A stretch of DNA of 64,000 nucleotides from Planctomycetota bacterium. GTDB lineage: Bacteria > Planctomycetota > Planctomycetia > Pirellulales > Lacipirellulaceae. The DNA lies in assembly GCA_039190745.1 (NCBI GenBank), contig JBCCXZ010000010.1:15161-79160 (forward strand). Direction: 5' to 3'. The notes under the pieces were generated by a model. That model did not search any database. It was given only the letters and a program-made list of their open reading frames with translations, and had not been told where the DNA came from. A program made the translations under genes and the position numbers. Position 1 is the first letter of the stretch. Each line of letters begins with the position of its first letter. Shown here piece after piece: positions 48,966-58,261 of the stretch.

Positions 48966-51900
48966 ATGTCGACCGCTGCACCACCGCCCCCCGCCGAGTC
49001 CCCGCAGAGCGGGCCCCCGCGGAAGGACCGACTGAACACGGTCGACCGCGACATCGCACGCACCCGGCGTTCGCTGCAGCGGGTCGACCTGCTGGGCGGG
49101 CTGCTGACGCTGGCGATCGGCGTGCTGCTCTACCTGCTCGCGGTCTCGGCGATGGAGCACTGGGTCGTCCCCGGCGGCTGGAGCGGCCCGGCCCGCGCCG
49201 GCCTGCTCGCGCTGCTCGCCGCGGGCGTCGTCTGGTACGCCGTCCGGAGGATCGTGCCGATCTTCCTCAGGCCGATCAACCCCGCCTTCGCCGCTCGAGC
49301 CATCGAGGATCACAGCCCCGGACTCAAGAACAGCCTAGTGAACCTGCTGATGCTCCGCGGCCACCGCCGCGAGATCCACAGCAGCGTCTACCAGGCCATC
49401 GAGCAGCAAACCGCCGAGCGGCTCGCCGGCGTCCAAATCGATTCCGCCGTCGACCGCGCCGGCGTGCTCCGGCTGGGCTACGCCCTCGCCGGCGTCGTGC
49501 TGGTGTGCGGGCTCTACCGCGTACTCTCGCCAAAAGACATCTTCACCTCGGCCACCCGGGTCCTCGCGCCGTGGTCAGACATCGCCGCGCCAAGCCGCGT
49601 GACGGTCACGAAGATCGAGCCCGGCGACGTCTCGGTCGCCAAGGGCGAAACGGTCGAGGTCTCCGCCGAGGTGCTCGGCCTCGCGCCCGACGAGCCGGTC
49701 GTCCTGAAGTACTCCACCGCCGACAAGCAAGCGGTCGATCGCCCGGTGACGATGAACAGCGAGACCGAACTCGACTACCGTTGCACCCTCCCCGGCCGCG
49801 GACCCAGCACTGGTCGGGGAACCGCCGGCGTGCAGCAGGAACTCACCTACTGGATCGAAGCCGGCGACGCACGCTCCACCCAGCACAAGATCACCGTCTT
49901 CGAGAAGCCGACGATCGTCGTCCAAAGCGTGCGGTACGACTACCCGGCCTACACGGGCCTCGGCGCGCGCGAGGACGACGCCGGCGGAGACCTCAGCGCC
50001 GTCGAGGGCACGCGGGTCACGCTGTTCGCGCTGGCCAACCAGCCGATCGACGCGGCGCACGTCGACTTCGCCGCCGACGGCCGCAACGACCTGCGGATGC
50101 AACCCGACAACCAAGGAGCCAACGCAACCTTCAAACTCGCCCTGCGGGAAGACCGCCGCACACCGCAGCACACAAGCTACGTCCTCCGCTACCGAACCCC
50201 CGGCGGGCGCGTGAACGACGACCCGCCCAAGCACACCATCGACGTCACCCCCGACTACGCGCCGGAGACCGAAGTGCTCCGCCCCGACGCCGAGGTGATC
50301 GACGTGGCGATCGGCCAGCGGGTCCGCTTCGAGGTCGAGGCCCGCGACCCCGACTTCGCCTTGTCCGACGTCGCGCTCGTCGGCGAGGTCGAGGGCAAAC
50401 CCCTGCTGCGGAAACGCCTCCTCACCGAGCGGCACACCGGCCGCTTCCTCGGCACGGTCGCGTTCACCCCGGAAGAAATCGGCCTGCAAGAAGGGCAGGT
50501 GATGGAGTACTGGTCGGTCGCCCAGGACAACCGCTCGCCGGAACCGAACCTCGCCGCTTCCCAACGCCGCAAGCTCCGCGTGGTCGGCGGCGACCCCCGC
50601 GACCGGCACTTCGACAAGCCCGAGCAGCAGCAAGGCGAAGGCCAGAACCGTGGCGAGCAGGAAGGAGAACCCGGCGAACAAGGCGAATCAAACGGCGAAG
50701 GCCAACAAGGCGCCGGCAGCGAGGGCGGCCAGGGCGAGCAGTCGGGCGAGCAGTCCGACCAGCAGGGACAGTCCGGAGAAGGCGGCGAGCCCAACGGCGA
50801 CAGCCAGCAGCAAGGCCAAGGCGGCGAGGGGTCCGGCCAGCAAGAGGGCCAAGAACAGAGACAAGGAGACCAGCAGCCCGGCGAGGGCGGGCAGCAAGGC
50901 GACCCCAGCAGCGACGGCCAGAACCAAAACCAAGCACAAGAAAATAACGCCGAACCCAACGGCAACCAACGCCAACCCGGCGAGAAGGGCGGCGAGCAGA
51001 AGGTCTCCAGCGAGGGCGACAACGACGGCGAAGCCTTCGAGCGGATGCGCGACCACTTTGCCGAGCAGGAAGCCAACGACCAGGGCCAGTCCGGCGACGG
51101 GCAGCAGCAAGGAACCAGCCAACAAGAAGACGGAGCCAACGAGCAGCAACAGCCCGGCGCCGAGGCCGGCGATGAGCCGACCGGCCAGCAGCAGCCCGGA
51201 CAGCAGCAACCCGGTCAGGAACAATCGGGCCAACCACAAAACGGCCAGCAGCAAGGCGAGCAGCAACAGGGCGCCGAGCAACAGCCGGGCGAGCAGCAAG
51301 GCAACCAGAACCCACGCGAGCAAGGCGACGCCGGAGCCGGCGAGCGCCAAGGCGAGCCCCAGCAATCGCCCGACCCAGGCGAGGGCAACAGCCCCAAAGA
51401 CAAGCAGCCGAGCCAGGACCAGAACGGCGAGCAGCCCGAGGGCTCGGCCCCCTCAGGGGATCAAGGCCGAGAAGAGTCCGACTCCGAAGGCGGCCAGGAC
51501 GGCGACCAGAGCGGCGGCGGGGCCGAAGGCGGCGGCCAGCAAGCCGACCAGCAAGGCGAGGGCGCCTCGGGCGAGAACACCGCGGCCGACTCCGGCGGAC
51601 AGTCCAACGAGCAAGGCCCCGGCGAGGACACCCGCCCCGGCGACCAGCAACAAGCCGACGGCCAGACCGGCCAATCCGACGGCCAGCAGCAGCCCGGCGA
51701 GGGCAGCCAACAGCGCGAGGGCCAGCAGGGTGACGGCCAGCAAGGCGATCAGCCCGGCGGCGAAGGCCAACAGGGGCAACAACCAGAAGGACAAGGCGAA
51801 GAGGCGCAACGCCCCGATCAGCAACAAGACGGCGACCCCCAGTCCCCGCAAGGCGGCGAGGGTTCCAACCAGCAAGACAGCCAGCAGCAGGAGAATCCGT

Positions 51901-52400
51901 CGGAGCAACCCCCAGAAGGCCAGGCTTCCCAAACCCCCGGCGAGGGTCCTAGCAACTCCGGCGGCAAGCTCTCCCCGCCCCCCGAGGGCGAGCTCGCCGG
52001 CGCCGACGACCCCACCGTCGAATTCGCCAACAAGCAGACCGACATGGTGCTCGACAAGCTCGAAGACCAGCTCGCCAAGAAAGACGTCGACCGCGAGCTG
52101 CTCGACAAGCTCGGCTGGAATCAGGACGAGCTCCGCCGCTTTGTCGACCGCTGGAAGAACCTCAAGAGCGACGCCGCCGGCACGGGTGAGCAGGCCACCG
52201 ACGCCCGCCGCAAGCTCGACGACGCCCTCCGCAGCCTCGGCCTCGGCAAACCCGGCGACCGCGGCTTCCGCTCGGTGACCGCCAAAGACCGCCTCCGCAA
52301 ACTGCAAGACAGCTACCGCGGCCGCGTGCCGCTGGAGTTCCAAGACGATGTCCGCGCCTACCAGAAGGGCACCGCCTCCGGCGGCAAGAAGGACGATTAG
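48966..52400 (+). CDS. Large membrane-anchored protein with Ig-like region and Gln/Gly/Glu-rich low-complexity tract (DUF4175-like architecture)
   Basis: Three N-terminal TM helices, YDYPAYTG, EYWSVAQDN, about 450-aa Q/G/E tract, helical C-terminus. Confidence 0.8.
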   Translation: MSTAAPPPPAESPQSGPPRKDRLNTVDRDIARTRRSLQRVDLLGGLLTLAIGVLLYLLAVSAMEHWVVPGGWSGPARAGLLALLAAGVVWYAVRRIVPIFLRPINPAFAARAIEDHSPGLKNSLVNLLMLRGHRREIHSSVYQAIEQQTAERLAGVQIDSAVDRAGVLRLGYALAGVVLVCGLYRVLSPKDIFTSATRVLAPWSDIAAPSRVTVTKIEPGDVSVAKGETVEVSAEVLGLAPDEPVVLKYSTADKQAVDRPVTMNSETELDYRCTLPGRGPSTGRGTAGVQQELTYWIEAGDARSTQHKITVFEKPTIVVQSVRYDYPAYTGLGAREDDAGGDLSAVEGTRVTLFALANQPIDAAHVDFAADGRNDLRMQPDNQGANATFKLALREDRRTPQHTSYVLRYRTPGGRVNDDPPKHTIDVTPDYAPETEVLRPDAEVIDVAIGQRVRFEVEARDPDFALSDVALVGEVEGKPLLRKRLLTERHTGRFLGTVAFTPEEIGLQEGQVMEYWSVAQDNRSPEPNLAASQRRKLRVVGGDPRDRHFDKPEQQQGEGQNRGEQEGEPGEQGESNGEGQQGAGSEGGQGEQSGEQSDQQGQSGEGGEPNGDSQQQGQGGEGSGQQEGQEQRQGDQQPGEGGQQGDPSSDGQNQNQAQENNAEPNGNQRQPGEKGGEQKVSSEGDNDGEAFERMRDHFAEQEANDQGQSGDGQQQGTSQQEDGANEQQQPGAEAGDEPTGQQQPGQQQPGQEQSGQPQNGQQQGEQQQGAEQQPGEQQGNQNPREQGDAGAGERQGEPQQSPDPGEGNSPKDKQPSQDQNGEQPEGSAPSGDQGREESDSEGGQDGDQSGGGAEGGGQQADQQGEGASGENTAADSGGQSNEQGPGEDTRPGDQQQADGQTGQSDGQQQPGEGSQQREGQQGDGQQGDQPGGEGQQGQQPEGQGEEAQRPDQQQDGDPQSPQGGEGSNQQDSQQQENPSEQPPEGQASQTPGEGPSNSGGKLSPPPEGELAGADDPTVEFANKQTDMVLDKLEDQLAKKDVDRELLDKLGWNQDELRRFVDRWKNLKSDAAGTGEQATDARRKLDDALRSLGLGKPGDRGFRSVTAKDRLRKLQDSYRGRVPLEFQDDVRAYQKGTASGGKKDD

Positions 52401-52413
52401 AAAACGAAAGAGC

Positions 52414-52598
52414 AGGAACACTAATCAGCACTAATCTTCACTAATCCGGATTAGCGTCGATCAGCGCAGTTCGTAGTTCGTAGGATGGGTGCTCGCACCC
52501 ATCGATGCCTAACCCGATACTTCCGAGATGATGGGTGCAAGCACCCATCCTACGTTTCTAATCCGGATTAGCGTCGATTAGCGAAGATCAGTGTTCCT
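52414..52598. repeat. Decamer-period palindromic repeat (CACTAATC units) interrupted by a REP doublet
   Basis: AGGAACACTAATC...GATCAGTGTTCCT termini; CTAATCCGGATTAGCGTCGAT at both 52441 and 52558. Confidence 0.75.
52479..52554. repeat. REP doublet (GTAG type), family C copy 1
   Basis: CGTAGGATGGGTGCTCGCACCCATC + 26-nt spacer + GATGGGTGCAAGCACCCATCCTACG. Confidence 0.92.
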
Positions 52599-52645
52599 AT
52601 CCTTCTTCTTGGTCTTGGAATCGGTTCAAGCGTAAGGGATTCGCA

Positions 52646-54598
52646 ATGAGACTCGCCCTAGCAACATTGCTGTTCTTCTTGACCCCGCTTTGCAACGTCG
52701 CTTCCGCCACCGGCGTCATCGGCAGCCCCGTCCCCGACTTCACCCTGCCCGATTACCTCGGCAAGGAACACTCCCTCACCGACTTCGACGACCAGCAGCT
52801 CGTGGTCGTCGCCTTCCTCGGAGTCGAGTGCCCGCTGGCAAAGCTCTACGCGGGCCGGTTGCAGTCGCTCGCCGACGAGTACGGCCCCCAAGGCGTCGGC
52901 TTCCTGGCGGTCGACTCCAACGCGCAAGACTCGCTTACCGAGATCGCCTCCTACGCCCGCCGGCACGGGGTGCGCTTCCCCGTCCTGAAAGACCGCGGCA
53001 ACGAGGTCGCCGAATTGATCGGAGCCGAGCGCACCCCGCAGGTGTTCCTGCTCGACCGCTCCCGCAAAGTCCGCTACGCCGGCCGGGTCGACGACCAGTA
53101 CGTGGTGGGCATCGTCCGCGACGCCCCCACCCGCGAAGACCTCCGCGAGGCGATCGACGAGCTGCTCGCCGGCCGCGCGGTCTCCACGCCCATCACCCAA
53201 CCCCTGGGCTGCCTCATCGGCCGCGTCAAAGAGCCGGTCGCCGGCAGCGCGGTCACCTACACGCGCGACATCGCTCCCATCATCCAGGCCCGCTGCGTCG
53301 AGTGCCACCGCGCCGGCGAGATCGGCCCCTTTGCGATGGACGCCTACGACGAGGTGGCCGGCTGGGGCGACATGATCGCCGAGGTCGTCGAGGAAAGACG
53401 TATGCCGCCCTGGCACGCCAGCCCCGACCACGGCGCGTTCGCCAACGACCGCAGCATGACCGACGCCGAGATCGCAACCATCCGCACCTGGGTCGACAAC
53501 GGCTGCCCCGAGGGCGACCCGGCAGACCTGCCCGAGCCCCGCGAGTTCACCGCCGGCTGGCAGCTCCCCCGCGAGCCCGACCAGGTGTTCCTGATGCGTG
53601 ACGATCCGTTCCAAGTCGCCGCCGACACCGGCCCCTCCGGCATCCCCTACCAACGCTTCCGCGTGCCGACCGGTTTCGACGAAGACCGCTGGGTCCGCGC
53701 CGCCGAGGTGCAGCCCGGCAACCGCACGGTCGTGCACCACATCATCGTCTACGTCCGCCCGCCCGGCACGAAGAAGCAGTGGGACAAGATTTTCCTGGCC
53801 GCCTACGTCCCCGGCCTGCGGCTCGACCCGCTCCCCGAGGGCGCCGCCAAGCTGGTGCCCGCCGGCGCGGAGCTGGAGTTCGAGATGCACTACACGCCAG
53901 TGGGCACACCGCAGGAAGACGTCAGCCGCGTCGGCCTGATCTTCGCCGAAGACGCCGACGTCACGCACGAGGTAATCACCGCCGAGATCGGCAACCTCCG
54001 CTTCCGTATCCCGCCGGGCGCCTCCAACCACCTCGTCACCGGCTCCAGCCGGGCCATCCAACAGCCCGTCACGCTGCTCTCGCTCTCGCCGCACATGCAC
54101 CTCCGCGGCAAGTCGTTCCGCTACGACCTCATCGGCCCCGACGGCACGCGCCAGACGCTGCTCGACGTTCCCCGCTACGACTTCAATTGGCAGACACGCT
54201 ACGTCCTCGCCGAACCGATCACGCTCCCCAAGAACGCGGTACTCCACGGCCGGGCCCACTTCGACAACTCGCCGGCAAACCTCGCCAACCCCGACCCCAC
54301 CAAGGAAGTCCGCTGGGGCGACCAGTCGTGGGAAGAGATGATGCTCGGCTACTTCGACGTCATGATGGCCCGCACGCCCGACCGCCGGCCCGGCAAGAAG
54401 CCCGTCACCCCCGGCATCGACGTGGTCGGCTCGTTCGACTCCGCCGACGCCGACGGCGACCGCGCCCTCACGTTCGACGAGGTGCGGGACAACCACATGA
54501 TCCGCAACCACTTCCCCAGCATCGACGCCGACGGCGACGAGCGGATCACGCTCAACGAACTGATGACCGCGGCGCGGAAGCTTGCCGCCGGGCGTTAG
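52646..54598 (+). CDS. Redoxin + cytochrome c + copper type II monooxygenase-like + EF-hand fusion protein
   Basis: Signal peptide, ECPL redoxin, CVECH, VVHH, PHMHLRG, YDFNWQ, EEMM, two DADGD EF-hand-like loops. Confidence 0.88.
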   Translation: MRLALATLLFFLTPLCNVASATGVIGSPVPDFTLPDYLGKEHSLTDFDDQQLVVVAFLGVECPLAKLYAGRLQSLADEYGPQGVGFLAVDSNAQDSLTEIASYARRHGVRFPVLKDRGNEVAELIGAERTPQVFLLDRSRKVRYAGRVDDQYVVGIVRDAPTREDLREAIDELLAGRAVSTPITQPLGCLIGRVKEPVAGSAVTYTRDIAPIIQARCVECHRAGEIGPFAMDAYDEVAGWGDMIAEVVEERRMPPWHASPDHGAFANDRSMTDAEIATIRTWVDNGCPEGDPADLPEPREFTAGWQLPREPDQVFLMRDDPFQVAADTGPSGIPYQRFRVPTGFDEDRWVRAAEVQPGNRTVVHHIIVYVRPPGTKKQWDKIFLAAYVPGLRLDPLPEGAAKLVPAGAELEFEMHYTPVGTPQEDVSRVGLIFAEDADVTHEVITAEIGNLRFRIPPGASNHLVTGSSRAIQQPVTLLSLSPHMHLRGKSFRYDLIGPDGTRQTLLDVPRYDFNWQTRYVLAEPITLPKNAVLHGRAHFDNSPANLANPDPTKEVRWGDQSWEEMMLGYFDVMMARTPDRRPGKKPVTPGIDVVGSFDSADADGDRALTFDEVRDNHMIRNHFPSIDADGDERITLNELMTAARKLAAGR

Positions 54599-54749
54599 CA
54601 GTCGAAGACGCTCTCCGCGTCCGTACCTTTTTTGCCCGGCACTCGGCCTCGTAAAATCGTGCGCTATCTCTGCGCTATCCGCGTCCTCTGCGGTTAAACT
54701 ACCCACCATGATCACTCGACTAGCTCTTCAACTCTTCAAGCGTCCATTC

Positions 54750-55583
54750 ATGACCCGGTCGCTGCTGCTGACTCCGCTTGCTGCCCTGTTTCTCGTCACG
54801 GGGAACCCGCAACCGGCTTCTAACGCCGAGGAGGCGCCAACCAAAATGAAAAACACCTTCGACCAGTGGCACGACTTCCCCACCGGGCGCATTGTCGAGT
54901 TCAGCGGCCACGCCTGGCGCGTGAAGGGCAGCGGGCCCGAGGTCCGCTACGGCCCCGGCGGGTTCCCGTTCGGCCCCAGCGAGCAGAGCGTCTGGGTCGA
55001 CCAGCGCGGCCGGCTCCACCTCAAGGCGCTCCAGATCGACGGCGCTTGGCACTCCGCCGAGGTGCGCATCACCGAGTTCCTCGGCCACGGCGACTACCGC
55101 TTCACCACCGCCGGCCGGGTCGACGACCTCGACCCCAACCTCACCTTCGGCCTGTTCCTCTGGGAGTACGTCGCCGACCACGACCAGCGCTTCCACAACG
55201 AGAACTCCGCCAGCGAGTTCGACATCGAGTTCGGCCGCTGGAAAGACCCGGCCCGCTTCCCTTTGCAGTTCGTCTGCCAGCCGTACCACCGCGAGGGCAA
55301 CCTCTGGTCCTACGACCTGAAGCTCGACGCGCCCGACGCGGTCTGCACGCACGCCTTCCGCTGGCTCCCCGACCGCGTCGAGTGCCGCGGCTGGCTCGGC
55401 GGCCCCGAAGCCGAGCACGACCCGCACGCCCAACGCGCCAACTGGACCTACCGCGGCCCCGACAACGGAACCGGCAAGCCGCAGGTGCACCTCAACCTCT
55501 GGTGCAACGAAGAGCCGCCCGCACGCGGCGAGCCGGTCGAAGTGATCGTCGAACGCTTCGAGTTCATCCCCGCCGAAAACTAA
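54750..55583 (+). CDS. Secreted GH16-like glycoside hydrolase
   Basis: Signal peptide; SEFDIEFGRW (E-x-D-x-E), HAFRWLPDRV, VHLNLW. Confidence 0.75.
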   Translation: MTRSLLLTPLAALFLVTGNPQPASNAEEAPTKMKNTFDQWHDFPTGRIVEFSGHAWRVKGSGPEVRYGPGGFPFGPSEQSVWVDQRGRLHLKALQIDGAWHSAEVRITEFLGHGDYRFTTAGRVDDLDPNLTFGLFLWEYVADHDQRFHNENSASEFDIEFGRWKDPARFPLQFVCQPYHREGNLWSYDLKLDAPDAVCTHAFRWLPDRVECRGWLGGPEAEHDPHAQRANWTYRGPDNGTGKPQVHLNLWCNEEPPARGEPVEVIVERFEFIPAEN

Positions 55584-55625
55584 CGGCCTCCTGCGCGCAA
55601 GCACGCCGAGGCCGGGAGACCCCCT

Positions 55626-57440
55626 ATGCACCCCGCGATCCGCGCCGGCTCCGCGCTGTTGTTCTTCTGTGCTTTGCCTTCAGAAGCTCGCGCTGAGCCT
55701 ACCCTGGAAATGCTCGCGCCGACGAAGTCCGAAACTCCGTCCGAGGTCTGCCACCTCCTCTGCCGCACCGACCCGGACGCTACGGTCACCGTTGCCGGCA
55801 AGCCTGCCGAGGTTTACCGCAACGGCGCCTTCGCCGCCGACAACCTGCCGCTCGAATTGGGCGCCAACGCCATCGAGATCGTCGCAACGGCGCCCGACGG
55901 AGTGACAACCACCCAGACGCTCCAAATCACCCGCGTCGAGCCGGCGCCGCCCAAGCCCGTCACCACGCTCACCGTCAGCGAGCCCGCACGCGACGCCGTG
56001 CTCCCGCCGGGCGAGCAAGTCGTCGTCCGCGCCGTCGGCCCCCCCGGCCTCAGCGGTACCGCGTCAATCGTCGGCCAACCGCTCACCACGCCGCTCGCCG
56101 AAGAGCTCGCAGAAGGTGAACCGACCGGCCGCTACACCGCCGTCCTCCGCGTCCCTGACGAGCTCTCATCCCCCGCCGAGATCACGGTCCGACTCGAAGG
56201 CGAGTCGCCGCTCGAATCTGCCGCCCCCGGCAAGCTCGCCGCTTGGCCGGCTGGCCTGCCGCGCGTCGTCGAAGTCACCGCCGACCGCCTCGGCGTCGTC
56301 CACGGCCTGCACTACATCCGACTCGGCGGGCCCTACCTCGCCGAGCTCCCCCGCGGCACCAGGCTCGAAGCGGTCGGCAGCGTCGGCAACATGCTCCAGG
56401 TGCGTCTGTGCGAAGGCCTCACCGGCTGGGTCCGCGCCGAAGGCCGCGACGGCCAGCCCACCGTCGACGACCTCCCCCCCGGCACGCCCGTGCCCGCGAA
56501 CCACTTCACCTACTTCCTGATTACCGGCGGCCCGCTCCCCTCCAACCCCCCCGACGGAGAACCGGTCGACACGGTCACCATCGGCCTCTCCGCCCCCGTG
56601 GCCCACGCCGTCCGCTCGCGTGTCACCCCCACGGCCGACGGCGACCGAAACGAACTATTGCTCGACCTGTTCAACACCCACCACGCCACGACCTGGATCA
56701 GCCGCAAAGAAACCGCCGCCCTCCTCGGCGACCCGACCGTCGAGCAAGTCACCGACGGCCGCCTACGCATCACCGTCCCCGTCGCCGGCCGGCAGCTGTG
56801 GGGCTACTGGACCGAGCTCACCGGCAACACGCTCCGCCTGCACGTCCGCCGCGGCCCGGGGCCCGGCCAGCCCGACGCCCCCCTCGCCGGCAAGGTCATC
56901 GCCCTCGAAGCCGGCCACGGCGGCAGCGACTCCGGCGCCGTCGGCCGCCTCGGCCTCCGCGAGAAAGACGCCAACCTCATGGCCGTCACGGCGCTCGACG
57001 AAGAGCTCCGCCGCCGCGGCGCCGAAACCGTCCTGCTCCGCCCCGACGACACCAGCCCCAGCCTCTGGCAACGCGCCGAACAAGCGAACGCCTCCGGCGC
57101 ACACTTGCTGGTCTCCATCCACGCCAACGCCGCCGGCACAGCCCGCGGCTTCCTGCGCGTCTCCGGCACAAGCGTGTATTTCCTGGGAGAACACAACCGC
57201 CGCCCCGCAGAGATCCTCTGGCGGCAGATGTTATCACTCGACTGGAACGACTTCGGCCTCGTCGGCAACTTCCATTACACACCTCTACGAAACACCCGCA
57301 CCCCCGCGGTGCTCATCGAGCAAGCCTTCCTCAGCCACCCCGGCGACGAAGCCCGCCTCGGCGACCCGGAGTACCACCGCCAACAGGCCGTGGTGATTGC
57401 CGACGGCCTCGAGTCCTTCTTCCGTGAATCGTCCGATTGA
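55626..57440 (+). CDS. N-acetylmuramoyl-L-alanine amidase (Amidase_3) with N-terminal Ig-like/SH3-like domains
   Basis: LEAGHGGSDSGA...EKDAN, SIHANA, VLIEQAF Zn/catalytic motifs; signal peptide. Confidence 0.9.
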   Translation: MHPAIRAGSALLFFCALPSEARAEPTLEMLAPTKSETPSEVCHLLCRTDPDATVTVAGKPAEVYRNGAFAADNLPLELGANAIEIVATAPDGVTTTQTLQITRVEPAPPKPVTTLTVSEPARDAVLPPGEQVVVRAVGPPGLSGTASIVGQPLTTPLAEELAEGEPTGRYTAVLRVPDELSSPAEITVRLEGESPLESAAPGKLAAWPAGLPRVVEVTADRLGVVHGLHYIRLGGPYLAELPRGTRLEAVGSVGNMLQVRLCEGLTGWVRAEGRDGQPTVDDLPPGTPVPANHFTYFLITGGPLPSNPPDGEPVDTVTIGLSAPVAHAVRSRVTPTADGDRNELLLDLFNTHHATTWISRKETAALLGDPTVEQVTDGRLRITVPVAGRQLWGYWTELTGNTLRLHVRRGPGPGQPDAPLAGKVIALEAGHGGSDSGAVGRLGLREKDANLMAVTALDEELRRRGAETVLLRPDDTSPSLWQRAEQANASGAHLLVSIHANAAGTARGFLRVSGTSVYFLGEHNRRPAEILWRQMLSLDWNDFGLVGNFHYTPLRNTRTPAVLIEQAFLSHPGDEARLGDPEYHRQQAVVIADGLESFFRESSD

Positions 57441-57449
57441 AGCAACTCT

Positions 57450-57525
57450 CGTAGGATGGGTGCTCGCACCCATCACTTCAGGGTTTACAGATGAGGCATC
57501 GATGGGTGCAAGCACCCATCCTACG
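57450..57525. repeat. REP doublet (GTAG type), family C copy 2
   Basis: Arms identical to 52479-52554; 26-nt spacer ACTTCAGGGTTTACAGATGAGGCATC. Confidence 0.92.
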
Positions 57526-57643
57526 GACTACGGACTGCTGTTCTTCGAGCGATGCAATTTAGGTATTCACCGGAAGACCTATCAGCTCAGCCAATCGGCG
57601 TGGATCGCCCTTAGAGAGCACCGCTGACGAAAAGGAGGATGAC

Positions 57644-58171
57644 GTGAATAGACTCGCAAGTCGATCAGCTCGCCCCCTACCGCTGCTAGCATTCCGAACC
57701 ACAGTGTTTGCATTGTGCCTTACATATGCGGGAATCACATACGCCGCTACGCAGGCAACGGCAACGGTCGAGTTTATCGAAGGCGGCACAACAGAAGCGA
57801 CCATCGATCTCATTTCACTTCTGCCGGGGGAGCAGGGGAATGGATTGATGATCTCTTTTACAGAACAGAATCTCTCGGGAGCAGGCGTCAATCTGACCGG
57901 CAGTCCTAAGGGAGGATACAACCTGGCTATAGATAGCGTCTTCGACGTCACCTACTCTGACATCGTCTCCGGTCTCAATGGCATCTCTGAGGTTTATGCT
58001 ACCCTTCGAAGCTCGAATGCCGCCGATAAGTACGACGCTTCCCTCCAAGAACTTCCGTCGCCCGTGGTTCTCTCTGGCGGCGCAGACGCGCATATCCCCG
58101 AGCCAAGCACGATCACGCTAAGCGTAGCCGTCGGGGCTCTGCTCGTCGGCACACGGCGCCAGCGACCTTAG
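57644..58171 (+). CDS. PEP-CTERM-like surface protein, paralog 1
   Basis: AAGGAGG RBS, signal-like N-terminus, IPEPSTITL-TM-RRQR tail; lower-GC codon usage. Confidence 0.8.
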   Translation: MNRLASRSARPLPLLAFRTTVFALCLTYAGITYAATQATATVEFIEGGTTEATIDLISLLPGEQGNGLMISFTEQNLSGAGVNLTGSPKGGYNLAIDSVFDVTYSDIVSGLNGISEVYATLRSSNAADKYDASLQELPSPVVLSGGADAHIPEPSTITLSVAVGALLVGTRRQRP

Positions 58172-58261
58172 GTGAGATGCTCAGTGACGGGCACTCTAGA
58201 TTCTTATCACTGGCTTTCTTGAATCGCGGAAATTGTCGTTCGATAGAAGGAGCTTGATAAC

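Noticed and set aside
50255..52421. Cys/Pro/Ser-rich and Leu/Ala-rich ORFs overlapping the Q/G/E tract
   Set aside because: Alternative-frame artefacts of a low-complexity coding repeat.
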